Of a DNA stretch of 64,000 bases, positions 38,758 through 48,450 are shown one piece after another. Within the stretch, counting starts at the first letter, position 1. Each line of letters starts with the position of its first letter. Source of the DNA: Candidatus Omnitrophota bacterium (lineage in GTDB: Bacteria > Omnitrophota > Omnitrophia > Omnitrophales > Aquincolibacteriaceae); NCBI GenBank assembly GCA_030698625.1, contig JAUYMS010000047.1, positions 12,210 through 76,209 of the forward strand, in the 5' to 3' direction. Below the pieces are notes generated by a model. That model saw nothing but the letters and a program-made list of their open reading frames with translations, did not search any database and was not told the DNA's origin. Position numbers and translations under genes: made by a program.

Positions 38758-40254
38758 CTATTTTACGAAGGTGATGTTGACCTCTTCAATGTGCATGCCC
38801 GGTTGTGAAAAAATGAAGATGTGACTGCGGCTCGTCTGCTCAACCCGCTGAATCGCCTTCTTTTCCTGATTGAGCAGCCGATCGGCAACATCCGGATGAA
38901 CATAGGCGTTGATCGTACGCCCTCGGGTGTGCCCGATGGACTTTCGCAATTCTTTAACCGCCTGGATCGCCATCGAGGTCGGCGACTTGACGATCCCCTT
39001 CCCGTCACAATAAGTACAGGTCCGGTGGACAGCGCTCTCCAGCGAAGGTTTGATTCGCTGCCGCGTCATCTCAACAATTCCCAATTCCGATATATTCAAG
39101 ATATTGGTTTTAGCGCGATCCGGAGAAACCGCCTCGCGGAAGGCGCGCGACAGCCTCCTGCGATGCTCATGGATTTCCATATCAATGAAGTCAATGATGA
39201 TGATCCCGCCGATATCGCGAAGCCGCAGCTGGCGCGCAATTTCCCAGGCCGCCTCCATATTTGTTTTAAAAACCGTGTCTTCGAGGTGTTTCGTCCCGGT
39301 GAATTTACCCGTATTGACATCGATGGAGACCAACCCCTCGGTCTGCTCAATAACGATATGCCCCCCGGACTTCAGATAGACATTTTTCTGAAATGTGCGA
39401 TCGATTTCTTTCTCGACATTGTATTTGTCGAACAAGCTCAGATTGCCGCGGTAATGCTCCAAGACGACCTTTTCACCCGGGGTGTACAACTGCAGGAATC
39501 GCTTTACCTTGCTTAGGAGATCGCGATTGTCGACTATAATTCGGTCGGTCTCTTCCGTCAGATGATCCCGAATCACCCGCTCCACCAAATCGAGTTCTTG
39601 ATGGATCATCGTGGGCGCTTTGCGGCGGTCAATGGAGGCGTGAACATTCCGCCACAGACGCGTCAGATATCGCATGTCGCGCATAAATTCCTTTTCACCG
39701 CGGCCGCTGGCTGCCGTCCTAACGATGAAGCCAACGCCCTTCGGCGTCTCCATCTTGCGGAATATCTGGCGGATACGGTCGCGCTCCTTCTTATCGTCAA
39801 TTCGGCGGGACACACCGACTTTCGACTCTCCCGGCATCATGACTAAATAACGTGCAGGTATCGAAAAATGAGTGGTGAGACGGGGGCCTTTGTTGCGAAT
39901 GGCATCCTTAACAACCTGAACGATAATTTCCTGGCCGATTGACAGGATCTTGTCGATCGGCTTTTGGCGCTCGCGCCGTTCATCCTTGCGCGTCTGCTCA
40001 TCAAAATCTGCATCCAGATCCATCGGCGCCCTGACTGCGTCGGCGACATACAAAAAACCATCCTTCTTCGTTCCGAGATCCACAAATGCGGCTCCGATAC
40101 CCGGAATCACGGTCTTTACCCGGCCCTTGTAAATGTTCCCGAACATGCTCTGTTCGGTCTTTCTTTCCATGTAAAGCTCTTCGAGCCGGCCATCTTCGAG
40201 AATAGCGACACGTTTCTCGTTGGTTTCGAGGCTGATTAAAATCTCGCGTTTCAT
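38758..40254 (-). CDS. rng: Ribonuclease G (Rne/Rng family, catalytic domain only)
   Basis: GNIYKGRV S1 domain, IDVNTG, LRDIGGIIIIDFIDM, CxxC. Confidence 0.93.
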   Translation of the reverse strand: MKREILISLETNEKRVAILEDGRLEELYMERKTEQSMFGNIYKGRVKTVIPGIGAAFVDLGTKKDGFLYVADAVRAPMDLDADFDEQTRKDERRERQKPIDKILSIGQEIIVQVVKDAIRNKGPRLTTHFSIPARYLVMMPGESKVGVSRRIDDKKERDRIRQIFRKMETPKGVGFIVRTAASGRGEKEFMRDMRYLTRLWRNVHASIDRRKAPTMIHQELDLVERVIRDHLTEETDRIIVDNRDLLSKVKRFLQLYTPGEKVVLEHYRGNLSLFDKYNVEKEIDRTFQKNVYLKSGGHIVIEQTEGLVSIDVNTGKFTGTKHLEDTVFKTNMEAAWEIARQLRLRDIGGIIIIDFIDMEIHEHRRRLSRAFREAVSPDRAKTNILNISELGIVEMTRQRIKPSLESAVHRTCTYCDGKGIVKSPTSMAIQAVKELRKSIGHTRGRTINAYVHPDVADRLLNQEKKAIQRVEQTSRSHIFIFSQPGMHIEEVNITFVK

Positions 40255-40260
40255 GATGTG

Positions 40261-40387
40261 CTCCTTCTAGATCCTAGAGGAGACAAGGAACAACCTTGAG
40301 GAGGTAGCAAATCTACGTGGTATGCGTATCAATGTCTAACCATTCCTCAAAAGTCGCATGTGCTTTGTCTCAGCGCTTTGAGGATGG
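40261..40387 (-). promoter_or_regulatory. Structured 5' leader of rng with an SD-sequestering hairpin
   Basis: Complementary segments 40261-70/40274-82, 40340-53/40376-87, 40280-88/40363-71 and 40296-302/40344-50. Confidence 0.5.
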
Positions 40388-40399
40388 ATCCGGAAGGTA

Positions 40400-41971
40400 T
40401 TACGTAACCGCGGAACTTCCCATCGTTAGGTCATCCTGTTTCATGCCTACCGGGCTTCCGTCATCTTCTTCAAGTTGATCCCAGGAGTTATCTCCAGCTG
40501 TTGCACTGCTTTGATTGCTGGCGGTCTTGGCCTTTGCGTAAATCTTTTCGGCCATTGCTCCCGTCGGTTGTCCTTCCGTATCCACCATAGTTACTGTTAT
40601 AAAAAATAAGGTTTCTTTTTGTTCATTACTAGTCTCATCCTGGCGCTTTGAGCGAAAGAGTTTGCCGACAAGCGGCAGATCGCCGAAGAACGGGATCTTG
40701 GCCTCTGCGTATTGGGCCTTATCCGTTCTGAGTCCGCCGATCGCGATCGTTTGTCCGCTCTTAATGAGCACCTGAGTCTTTGCTTCAGTGATATTAAAAC
40801 GGGGTGCACTAAAATCCCCAAAATTCAACAAGGCAGCCTCTGAGCTAACCTCGGGCTTCAGATCAACTAATATCTCCTCCGCCGAGTTTATGTGCGGTGT
40901 CACGGTCAGCACAACGCCAACCTTGCGATAGTCAATATCGGTAATTTCAAGACTGCCCGTCGTTTCGTTGCGCTCAAAATTGGGAATCGGCACTTCGGTT
41001 CCGACCTGAACGGTTGCTTCCTGATGGTTAAGTACAGTAATCCTCGGATTCGACCGTATCTTCGTGTTACTCTTCGTCTCTAAAAACTGCATAATCGCTG
41101 ACATGCTTGAGAAATTCAGCGTCCCAAAACTGAAGGCCTGCCCGGCCGTCGCCTGCACGGGGTTCGTAGGAAATGCGCGATTATCGCTAGAGAGGCCTGT
41201 TGTACTGCCCGCGATATTGATCGGAAGAAACTGCCGTATGAAGTGCCCCAGCTCTTCGTCATTCTTTGTTGTGCTCGTAAAAAACGGAAAAGTCGTCGGC
41301 CTTGATGAACCTGTAAGCGCGCCCAGGTTATTGTTCGCACCGCCGGTGTTCCATTGAATACCGATATCCTCAGCCTCGCTAACTGACGTCTCGATTATTT
41401 TTGAATCGATGTAGGCTTGCGGCGTTTGCTGGTCGAGCCTTTTAATGATGACCCCTATCTGATACACGTTCGTAGGAATATCAGTCACAATCACTATATT
41501 GGTTCGCTTGGAAGTCCGGATGTCGCCGCGTTCGGTGAGCATCCGCTTAATTGCATCCTCAACTTCCGCGGCGGGAATATAGTTTAATATGAAGGTCTGA
41601 GTGATGACCGGTTCTTGCTCCATCCGGTCGCGCGTTGTAACGCGTATGATATTTCCGTCTCTCTCATACACATAGTTATAGGTGCGTAAAACCACTTGAA
41701 GCGCCTTCTCCCAGGGTACATCTTCTAAGCGAATCGTCACGGTCCCCAATACTTCAGGACCGGCAACGATATTGACCCCGCTTTTCAGGCTCATAACGCG
41801 CAACACGGTCTTGATGTCGGCATCCTTGAAATCGAGGCTGACTATACCGCTGTCTTCGGGAGCAACTTCAGGAGCAACTCCGGGGACAGCCCCAGGGGTC
41901 AGGGCGTATCCGCTTGGGACGCCCGTAATGAGGAATGCGGCTAGAATTAGATAGCTGGCTTTTCTCTTCAT
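40400..41971 (-). CDS. pilQ: Type IV pilus secretin PilQ (no AMIN domains)
   Basis: Signal peptide, SLDFKDADI N0 domain, SNPRITVLN, KIPFFGDLPLVGKLF. Start set to MKRKASYL. Confidence 0.9.
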   Translation of the reverse strand: MKRKASYLILAAFLITGVPSGYALTPGAVPGVAPEVAPEDSGIVSLDFKDADIKTVLRVMSLKSGVNIVAGPEVLGTVTIRLEDVPWEKALQVVLRTYNYVYERDGNIIRVTTRDRMEQEPVITQTFILNYIPAAEVEDAIKRMLTERGDIRTSKRTNIVIVTDIPTNVYQIGVIIKRLDQQTPQAYIDSKIIETSVSEAEDIGIQWNTGGANNNLGALTGSSRPTTFPFFTSTTKNDEELGHFIRQFLPINIAGSTTGLSSDNRAFPTNPVQATAGQAFSFGTLNFSSMSAIMQFLETKSNTKIRSNPRITVLNHQEATVQVGTEVPIPNFERNETTGSLEITDIDYRKVGVVLTVTPHINSAEEILVDLKPEVSSEAALLNFGDFSAPRFNITEAKTQVLIKSGQTIAIGGLRTDKAQYAEAKIPFFGDLPLVGKLFRSKRQDETSNEQKETLFFITVTMVDTEGQPTGAMAEKIYAKAKTASNQSSATAGDNSWDQLEEDDGSPVGMKQDDLTMGSSAVT

Positions 41972-42002
41972 AATTTGTGTAACTTGTTCTATATACGGCC
42001 CT

Positions 42003-42377
42003 CTACCTGTTTTCTTGACCTGCATTTTCGGGCGCAATTTCCTCTCTGAGCCAAAGGGTCTTCTCCTCATCCTCTGAGAAGAGAATTATCCGATCGGTGT
42101 AAATGTGTAATAGGGTCGCCCCGTGAATTTCTTCGCCCGGCCGATACAACTCGCCGTCAATCAGCGCCACCGATCCCCCTTCGGGGTCGTAGATAATGCC
42201 CTCAATGACGAAGGTGCTCTGCACTTTCGGGACACCGCCCTGAAGCAGGCCCTCAGGCCCGATAAGCGCCACCATGGGGTCTCGACGCGAGCCGGTATCA
42301 TAAGCGATTTCCCCGGCATAGGCCATGGAAAAACACATAATGCTATACAAAGCTATAAATGCGGCCGGTCGTCTCAT
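42003..42377 (-). CDS. PilP-like protein
   Basis: RRDPM motif, IEGIIY...ALIDG; lies between pilO and pilQ. Confidence 0.7.
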   Translation of the reverse strand: MRRPAAFIALYSIMCFSMAYAGEIAYDTGSRRDPMVALIGPEGLLQGGVPKVQSTFVIEGIIYDPEGGSVALIDGELYRPGEEIHGATLLHIYTDRIILFSEDEEKTLWLREEIAPENAGQENR

Positions 42378-43051
42378 TTCTTTTTCGCCTTTTTACGACT
42401 CTTTTTCTTATCTTTGGGATTCGCGGCCTGTTTCAACGCCTGGTAAACCTCTTTGCCCGGCTGATAAGTTACTGCGGCAAGAGTGATAGTCGCCAGATGG
42501 CTCTCTGGATTTCCCTCCCGAGGGCTGACCTCAAAGAGCTCAATACGCAACATCTTCGGGTTTGACTCAATCCGGCTCACGAATTCACCCAGTGCGTGAT
42601 AGCCCCCCTCGACCGTCAGGTTGATATACTCGGCCTTATACTGAAGGTGGAATGGAGGGGGGAAATCCGGGGTGTCTCGGTGAGGCCTTGAGGCAATTAT
42701 TTGAACCCCGCTTTCCTCGGCAAGTTTTGAGATCGTGCCTAGGAGAAGCGAAATTTCGTCCGACCGATAAAGTCTGCCGGCAATGTCTGCAATGAAGTCG
42801 GCGTAATTCTTCTTATCCTGAATCCACTGGGGCCGCTTTCTTTTAAGCGACTCGACCCGCACGATCTGTGATTTCGTGTCTTTAAGCTCCTGGAGAAGTT
42901 CGGGCCTTCTCATCCAAGCGGGCCAAGCGAATACGATCAAGAAGAGGGCTATGCCCGCGGCCACAATGCCGATCTTCATCCACATCTCTCGGTCGACCGT
43001 CTTCAGATACGAGACGACATCCTGGCCTGTCCACTCAGTAATCGGTTTCAC
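42374..43051 (-). CDS. pilO: Type IV pilus protein PilO
   Basis: TM, coiled coil, VEGGYHALGEFVSRIE; synteny. Confidence 0.85.
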   Translation of the reverse strand: MKPITEWTGQDVVSYLKTVDREMWMKIGIVAAGIALFLIVFAWPAWMRRPELLQELKDTKSQIVRVESLKRKRPQWIQDKKNYADFIADIAGRLYRSDEISLLLGTISKLAEESGVQIIASRPHRDTPDFPPPFHLQYKAEYINLTVEGGYHALGEFVSRIESNPKMLRIELFEVSPREGNPESHLATITLAAVTYQPGKEVYQALKQAANPKDKKKSRKKAKKK

Positions 43052-43626
43052 GAAGCCTCCGGAACGATAAACTCAAAAACGGCAACAAAATGTGTTACTT
43101 GAACGCTATACTGTATCTGTCGCGAAGTCGTCAGACTAAGCTTCGCATCCGCAATTTCCGTCTTTAGATTGTGGAGGTAATCTTCGATCTGCTCGATGCT
43201 TGTTTTTTCTTTCGTAGATAAGCAGAGCCCCGTAATAACAATGGAATTGCCCTCGGCATCGTTGCGCCGCTTCACCTGCGTTAACCACGCTGAGGACGGC
43301 AGGTATTGACTCGCCCACTCAAGCATATTCGTCAGCGGGCGCTCAGTGGTAACCGTCGTTTCCAAAAACTGTTTTTCCTTGCTCAACACTTTTTCGACTT
43401 CGGCCTCGAGATCATTCAAGACAACGGCCTGCGGCTCTACGACCTTCCACGAAGCACTCGCTTCTTTCAATTTGCCGCGAGCCGACAGATAGCCGAAAAA
43501 GAAGTACGTCGTTAATATCACAAATAGAACGCCGAGACCGATCGCGAGTTTCAACCACGGGACAGGCTCCTTGGTCCGGGTTTTGACGACTCGCAATTCT
43601 TCCGGCAAGAGATTGATCGTTATCAT
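43048..43626 (-). CDS. pilN: Type IV pilus protein PilN
   Basis: INLLP motif, TM, LPSSAWLT. Confidence 0.88.
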   Translation of the reverse strand: MITINLLPEELRVVKTRTKEPVPWLKLAIGLGVLFVILTTYFFFGYLSARGKLKEASASWKVVEPQAVVLNDLEAEVEKVLSKEKQFLETTVTTERPLTNMLEWASQYLPSSAWLTQVKRRNDAEGNSIVITGLCLSTKEKTSIEQIEDYLHNLKTEIADAKLSLTTSRQIQYSVQVTHFVAVFEFIVPEAS

Positions 43627-44711
43627 TCGGATCTCAGACAAAGCCCCAGACAAACCGGGAGCAATTTCGCGTAACTCACGAGGAGGTTGCGGTCGACGCC
43701 GGCATCGACATCCACCTTATTTAGGATATCCATCGTCTGGACCGGAATCCCGAGCGACTCGCTCAGGATGGGGCTGATGAGACTGGTATCCCCGGCGCCC
43801 CCGCCGATAAACAGCTTTGTCACCGGTATGGCTTGCGGTACCTGGCCTAAATAGTAGTCCAAAGAAACCTTGAGATCTGTCGCAAGACTCGTGTAACTTT
43901 CCTTGAGAGCCTCTTCAGCCTCTACGCTCGGCATGCTGGATGCTGCCATAAGTTTGTCCGCATCCTCAGAATTAAGACCCAGCTTGCGGCGAAACCGTTT
44001 GGAGACATCCAGATCGCCGAATGAGATATCCCGAATAAATCGAGGTTTGCCGGCGCGTAGAACGCAGAGACTCGAGGAATCATTTCCCAAATCCAAATAA
44101 GCTATGGATCGGGCGGCATCTTCCGGATGAAAATATTCCAAGGCATTCACTGAAGCCAGGATATCGCAGTCAACGATATCCGGCTCGAGTCCGGCATCGT
44201 TAAACAATTTCATCTGCACATAGACTTCCTCTTTCTTCACCGCGATGAGGAGGATGTTCATCTCCTCGCCCTTTTCAGTTGTCACGCTATCCTCAAGGAC
44301 GTGGTAATCGATCACAACCTCGCTCATCTTAAACGGAATATAACTTTCGGCTTCGAAACTGAGCGCGCTCTTCAATTCGTCCGGGGCCATCTTCGGGAAT
44401 TGAATGAAGCGGACAATGACCCCCTGCCCTTTAAGCGATATTCTGATTTTTTGAGTCTCCAATCCGGCGAAGGCATGGCCGGCTTTAATAATGTCGGAGA
44501 TTTTTGCGTGCTCGGCCGGTCGAGGCTCAACACCCAGGCCTTTGATGCGAAGCTTCCCTGCGGTGGTTTCGGCAGTGAGCAGGACAATGTTAGAAGCACC
44601 CAGGTGACAGGCCATGGAGACCACGGGCCTCGCAGGTCCTGCGGGCTTTCGGCGGAGGATCTTTTCCAGGATAAAGCCTTGTATTTGTTCTACAGGTAAT
44701 GTAAGGCTCAT
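43623..44711 (-). CDS. pilM: Type IV pilus protein PilM
   Basis: FEAESYIPF, LLIAVKK, YLDLG actin-like fold, GLCLR end. Start reassigned to 44711. Confidence 0.9.
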   Translation of the reverse strand: MSLTLPVEQIQGFILEKILRRKPAGPARPVVSMACHLGASNIVLLTAETTAGKLRIKGLGVEPRPAEHAKISDIIKAGHAFAGLETQKIRISLKGQGVIVRFIQFPKMAPDELKSALSFEAESYIPFKMSEVVIDYHVLEDSVTTEKGEEMNILLIAVKKEEVYVQMKLFNDAGLEPDIVDCDILASVNALEYFHPEDAARSIAYLDLGNDSSSLCVLRAGKPRFIRDISFGDLDVSKRFRRKLGLNSEDADKLMAASSMPSVEAEEALKESYTSLATDLKVSLDYYLGQVPQAIPVTKLFIGGGAGDTSLISPILSESLGIPVQTMDILNKVDVDAGVDRNLLVSYAKLLPVCLGLCLRSE

Positions 44712-44736
44712 GATTTTAAATATCGGCGTTTTGTGG

Positions 44737-44777
44737 AAAAAAGAAACCCACCCCGCTTTAGAGCGAGGTGGGTTTCT
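44737..44777 (-). terminator. Rho-independent terminator after pilA
   Basis: AGAAACCCACC...GGTGGGTTTCT stem followed by a T-run on the minus strand. Confidence 0.85.
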
Positions 44778-44802
44778 GAACACATATGCACTTGACGAAA
44801 CG

Positions 44803-45279
44803 TTACGCGATTGGTGTTCCGTCAGCACAACCGTCTGCATCGCCAGTCGGAGGATCTTCCCCTTCGACCGAACCGACAACAACACCACTCTGATCCACAC
44901 AGTACGTGTTTACAGCTGAGTTGTCATCAAACGGTTCTGCGAATGCCGAATAACTGTTGGGAGTATCTTCACCCCCGCCAGTATAAGTCACGGTAAAACC
45001 ATGCTTCTGATCCTCCGTCCATGACGAATCCAAATAGGACGGATCAGCATCAATTAATGCATCTAAATCTTCGGCATACTCGGGAGGATTCTGCGCAGCC
45101 CGAAAACTCTCGTTGGCTGAGCTGAATGCTCTCAGATCCGTCTTAACCGCACCTTCATTTGCGTTAATTCTGGCGCGAAGAAGATTCGGAATCGCAATCG
45201 CCGCTAACAGACCAATAATAGCTACGACAATCATGATTTCTACTAAGGTGAAACCTTTCTGATTTAGTTTACGATACAT
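44803..45279 (-). CDS. pilA: Type IVa major pilin
   Basis: KG|FTLVEIMIVVAIIGLLAAIAIP prepilin site, C-terminal Cys pair, AGGAGG RBS. Confidence 0.92.
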   Translation of the reverse strand: MYRKLNQKGFTLVEIMIVVAIIGLLAAIAIPNLLRARINANEGAVKTDLRAFSSANESFRAAQNPPEYAEDLDALIDADPSYLDSSWTEDQKHGFTVTYTGGGEDTPNSYSAFAEPFDDNSAVNTYCVDQSGVVVGSVEGEDPPTGDADGCADGTPIA

Positions 45280-45321
45280 ATCTACACCTCCTAGGGTATT
45301 TTATTAATCGTACTTGTTAGT

Positions 45322-45351
45322 ATTATACCTGTATAAATCCCATTAACGCAA
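45322..45351 (-). promoter_or_regulatory. Sigma-70-type promoter of pilA
   Basis: TTGCGT-18 nt-TATAAT in an AT-rich intergenic region. Confidence 0.6.
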
Positions 45352-45497
45352 ATTCTTACAAAACTAATATTCATGTTATTCCTATACTTACTTTAGGGCT
45401 AAAACAATCTCCTTTACCCTTATCCCATAGTGATTTGGCCGCCCTAGAGGTGGTCCCAAGGCCCTGAGAGCCGTGCAAAAATAATTCGCTCCCGGCC

Positions 45498-46727
45498 CTA
45501 CTTAATGTGCTGCGTGAGGGTCAAAATAGGCAGGAACATAGCGATCACGATACCCCCGATGACCACGCCCAGAAACAGGATAATCAGCGGCTCTATCAGG
45601 GAGGTTAGCCCGCTGACCGCCGCATCTACCTGAGCCTCATAAAAGTCGGCAATCTTCATAAGCATCTCTTCGAGCTCCCCCGTCTCCTCGCCGACGGCGA
45701 TCATACGCACCACCATGGTCGGGAAGGCCTCGTGCTTACCCAGCTGTTTCGAGATGCTTTCCCCCTTCTTGACCGACTCTGTCAGGGAAAGAATGATCTT
45801 TTCGATCTTCCTATTCCCCGCTGTTTTGGACACAATTTCGAGCGCCGAAAGAATCGGGACCCCGCTGCGTACCAGGGTCGCCAGCGTCCTGGCAAATTTA
45901 CTGACAGCAACTTTCTGGAAAAGTTGCCCGAAGATGGGCATTTTCAGCTTAAAGCCATCCCATGCCAGCCGGCCGGGCGGAGTACGAATCACCTGCATAA
46001 ACAGGAAAATAAACCCGCCTATGCCTCCGAGCACAAGAACCCAATTCGCCGCCAAGTAATTACTGAAGTCGATGAGGATGCGGGTCGGCGCGGGCAAAGG
46101 GGCGCCAAGGCCGTCAAAAATTTCGCCGAATTTCGGAATAACGAATGTCATCATACCGAACGTAATAAGGAAGGCGATCGCGGTCACCGAAATCGGGTAC
46201 GTCAAAGCTGATTTCACCTTTTTCTGAAGCACGCTGGTCTTTTCCAGGTAATTGGCAACACGGTCGAGGATCTCTTCGAGGCTGCCGCTGGTTTCACCGG
46301 CGCGGACCATATTGATGTAGAGTTGCGAAAATACCTTGTCATGCCTGCCCATCGCCTCAGAAAAGCTCTTACCCCCGGTGACGTCCTGGTGCATGGCGCG
46401 AAGAATTGTCTTGAAGGAATCCTTATCAACCTGGTCGGCGAGAATGTCGAGGGCCTGGATGAGCGGGATACCGGCTTCCACGAGCGTGGCCATCTGGCGC
46501 GAGAAGACGACAAGATCATCAAGCTTAACTTTACCCCGCTTGCCGGGCTTAGCGCTGCTGCCGCGCCCGACACTGAAGGCCTTGGTATCCTTCAACTCCT
46601 GAATCTTTACAACGATATAACCCTGAGAGCGCAGAGAAGACACAAGCGTCGCCACATCCGGCGCTTCCTGCACTCCGGTTTGATCCTTACCCTTGGAATC
46701 CTTAACCCGATATTCGAACGCTGCCAT
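45498..46727 (-). CDS. pilC: Type IV pilus platform protein PilC (GspF family)
   Basis: FSRQMATLVEAGIP, AGETSGSL, SALTYP, VGEETGEL, LIEP. Confidence 0.95.
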   Translation of the reverse strand: MAAFEYRVKDSKGKDQTGVQEAPDVATLVSSLRSQGYIVVKIQELKDTKAFSVGRGSSAKPGKRGKVKLDDLVVFSRQMATLVEAGIPLIQALDILADQVDKDSFKTILRAMHQDVTGGKSFSEAMGRHDKVFSQLYINMVRAGETSGSLEEILDRVANYLEKTSVLQKKVKSALTYPISVTAIAFLITFGMMTFVIPKFGEIFDGLGAPLPAPTRILIDFSNYLAANWVLVLGGIGGFIFLFMQVIRTPPGRLAWDGFKLKMPIFGQLFQKVAVSKFARTLATLVRSGVPILSALEIVSKTAGNRKIEKIILSLTESVKKGESISKQLGKHEAFPTMVVRMIAVGEETGELEEMLMKIADFYEAQVDAAVSGLTSLIEPLIILFLGVVIGGIVIAMFLPILTLTQHIK

Positions 46728-46740
46728 TACCCGTTTTCTC

Positions 46741-48450
46741 CTAGTCGCTGCTGACCCTGAGCACTTCTTCCAAAGTAGTGCATCCGGCCTTGAACCTGCC
46801 TAAAGCGTACTCGTAAAGCGTCTCCATACCTTTTTCGACCGCAGCCCGGTGGATCTGATCACTTGAAAGCTTTTCGATAATCATTTCGCGTATCTGATTA
46901 TCGACTTCCATGAGCTCAATCACGGCCATGCGCCCGTAATATCCCGTGTGGTTACATTTCACACAGCCCTTTCCTTTATAGGGCGTAAACCCTTTCATAT
47001 CCTCAGCCGTTAAATTGCATCGCCGTAACACTTCCGCGGGAACTTCATGCGGGGCTTTACAATACTGGCACACCCGCCGCACAAGACGTTGAGCCGCAAC
47101 GCAAATGACCGATGAAGCGATCAAGAACGGCTCCACCCCCATGTCGATAAGACGCGTGACCGCGCCGGCGGCGCTGTTCGTATGAAGAGTGCTGAACACA
47201 AGATGCCCGGTCAACGCCGCCTTGACCGCAATATCGGCCGTTTCCGAATCGCGGATTTCACCGACGAGGACGATATCGGGACTCTGACGCAGAAGAGCAC
47301 GTAGGCCGCTTGCGAATGTCAAACCGATCTGAGCATGGGTCTGAGTCTGAGTTATCCCTTCCACCTGGTACTCCACGGGGTCTTCAATCGTCATGATATT
47401 TCTATCAATCGTATTGAGTGTATTCAATATGGTATAGAGAGTCGTCGACTTTCCGCTGCCGGTCGGACCCGTAACCAGAATCATGCCGTAGGGGTGCTTC
47501 ACGGCCCGAGCCAAAATATTGGTGGGCCCTTCGGTCAAACCAAGTTTGTCCAATCCGGACTTCATGCTTGCTCTGTCAAGAACACGCATCACGATCTTTT
47601 CCCCAAAATAGATAGGAAGCATTGAGACACGGAAATCGATTTCGCGGTTTAGAAGTTTCACACGGAAGCGTCCGTCTTGAGGAACACGCTTCTCCGTGAT
47701 ATCCAATTGCGACATGATCTTGATTCTCGCGACCACCGCACTGTACATATCGCGAGCATGACTGAAGGCGTCTTTGAGCGCCCCGTCGATACGATAACGG
47801 ATGCGGAATTCTTTTTCGTAGGGTTCAAAGTGAATGTCGGAGGCTCTCATCCGGATCGCTTCTTCGATGATAAGATTCACCATTCGAATGACGGGCGCAT
47901 CGTCCAAGCTATGCTTCTTGGTGTCGTCATCCCCTTCTTTGGCACCCCTATCAGCGACGACTTCCAGGTCGTCCTCACCGATGCCCTCGATAATCTCATG
48001 AAGACTGCCGCCCTGTGAGTAGTAGTGCTCGACAGCGGCGCTGATCGCTTTCGGCGTCGCTAGGATCAAACTGATATCACAGTTCGTCAGACCGCGAAGA
48101 TCGTCCTGAAGCATTAGATCCAGAGGCCGGCTCGTTGCTACGGTAAGGAGATTCTTGATGCGCGACACGGGCATGGCGCGGTACCTGTCTGCCAGTTTCT
48201 TAGGGATAAGATCAAGGGTATCCTTGGGAATACGATATGCCGAGAGATTGAACATAGGTATTTCCAAATGGTCACTCAGAAAATGAGTCATGTCTTCTTC
48301 GTCGATGAGCCCCTTTTCAACAACAAGCTCAAAGACATCTTTTTTGTCTTTCTTTGCCAACTTCAAGACATTCTGAAATTCCTTGGCGTCGACCTTGCCG
48401 CTATCGATCAACATCTCAGCGAGTTGTGTCTTTGATATTTGCGAAATCAT
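46741..48450 (-). CDS. pilB: PilB/GspE extension ATPase, copy 2
   Basis: ASDIHFEP, GPTGSGKSTT, TIEDPVE, LRQSPD, GEIRD, tetracysteine motif. Confidence 0.93.
   Translation of the reverse strand: MISQISKTQLAEMLIDSGKVDAKEFQNVLKLAKKDKKDVFELVVEKGLIDEEDMTHFLSDHLEIPMFNLSAYRIPKDTLDLIPKKLADRYRAMPVSRIKNLLTVATSRPLDLMLQDDLRGLTNCDISLILATPKAISAAVEHYYSQGGSLHEIIEGIGEDDLEVVADRGAKEGDDDTKKHSLDDAPVIRMVNLIIEEAIRMRASDIHFEPYEKEFRIRYRIDGALKDAFSHARDMYSAVVARIKIMSQLDITEKRVPQDGRFRVKLLNREIDFRVSMLPIYFGEKIVMRVLDRASMKSGLDKLGLTEGPTNILARAVKHPYGMILVTGPTGSGKSTTLYTILNTLNTIDRNIMTIEDPVEYQVEGITQTQTHAQIGLTFASGLRALLRQSPDIVLVGEIRDSETADIAVKAALTGHLVFSTLHTNSAAGAVTRLIDMGVEPFLIASSVICVAAQRLVRRVCQYCKAPHEVPAEVLRRCNLTAEDMKGFTPYKGKGCVKCNHTGYYGRMAVIELMEVDNQIREMIIEKLSSDQIHRAAVEKGMETLYEYALGRFKAGCTTLEEVLRVSSD

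Noticed and set aside
41855-41900. Short tandem GGAGCAACT repeats
   Set aside because: They encode the Pro-rich linker (PGAVPGVAPEVAPE) of the secretin; not a CRISPR array.
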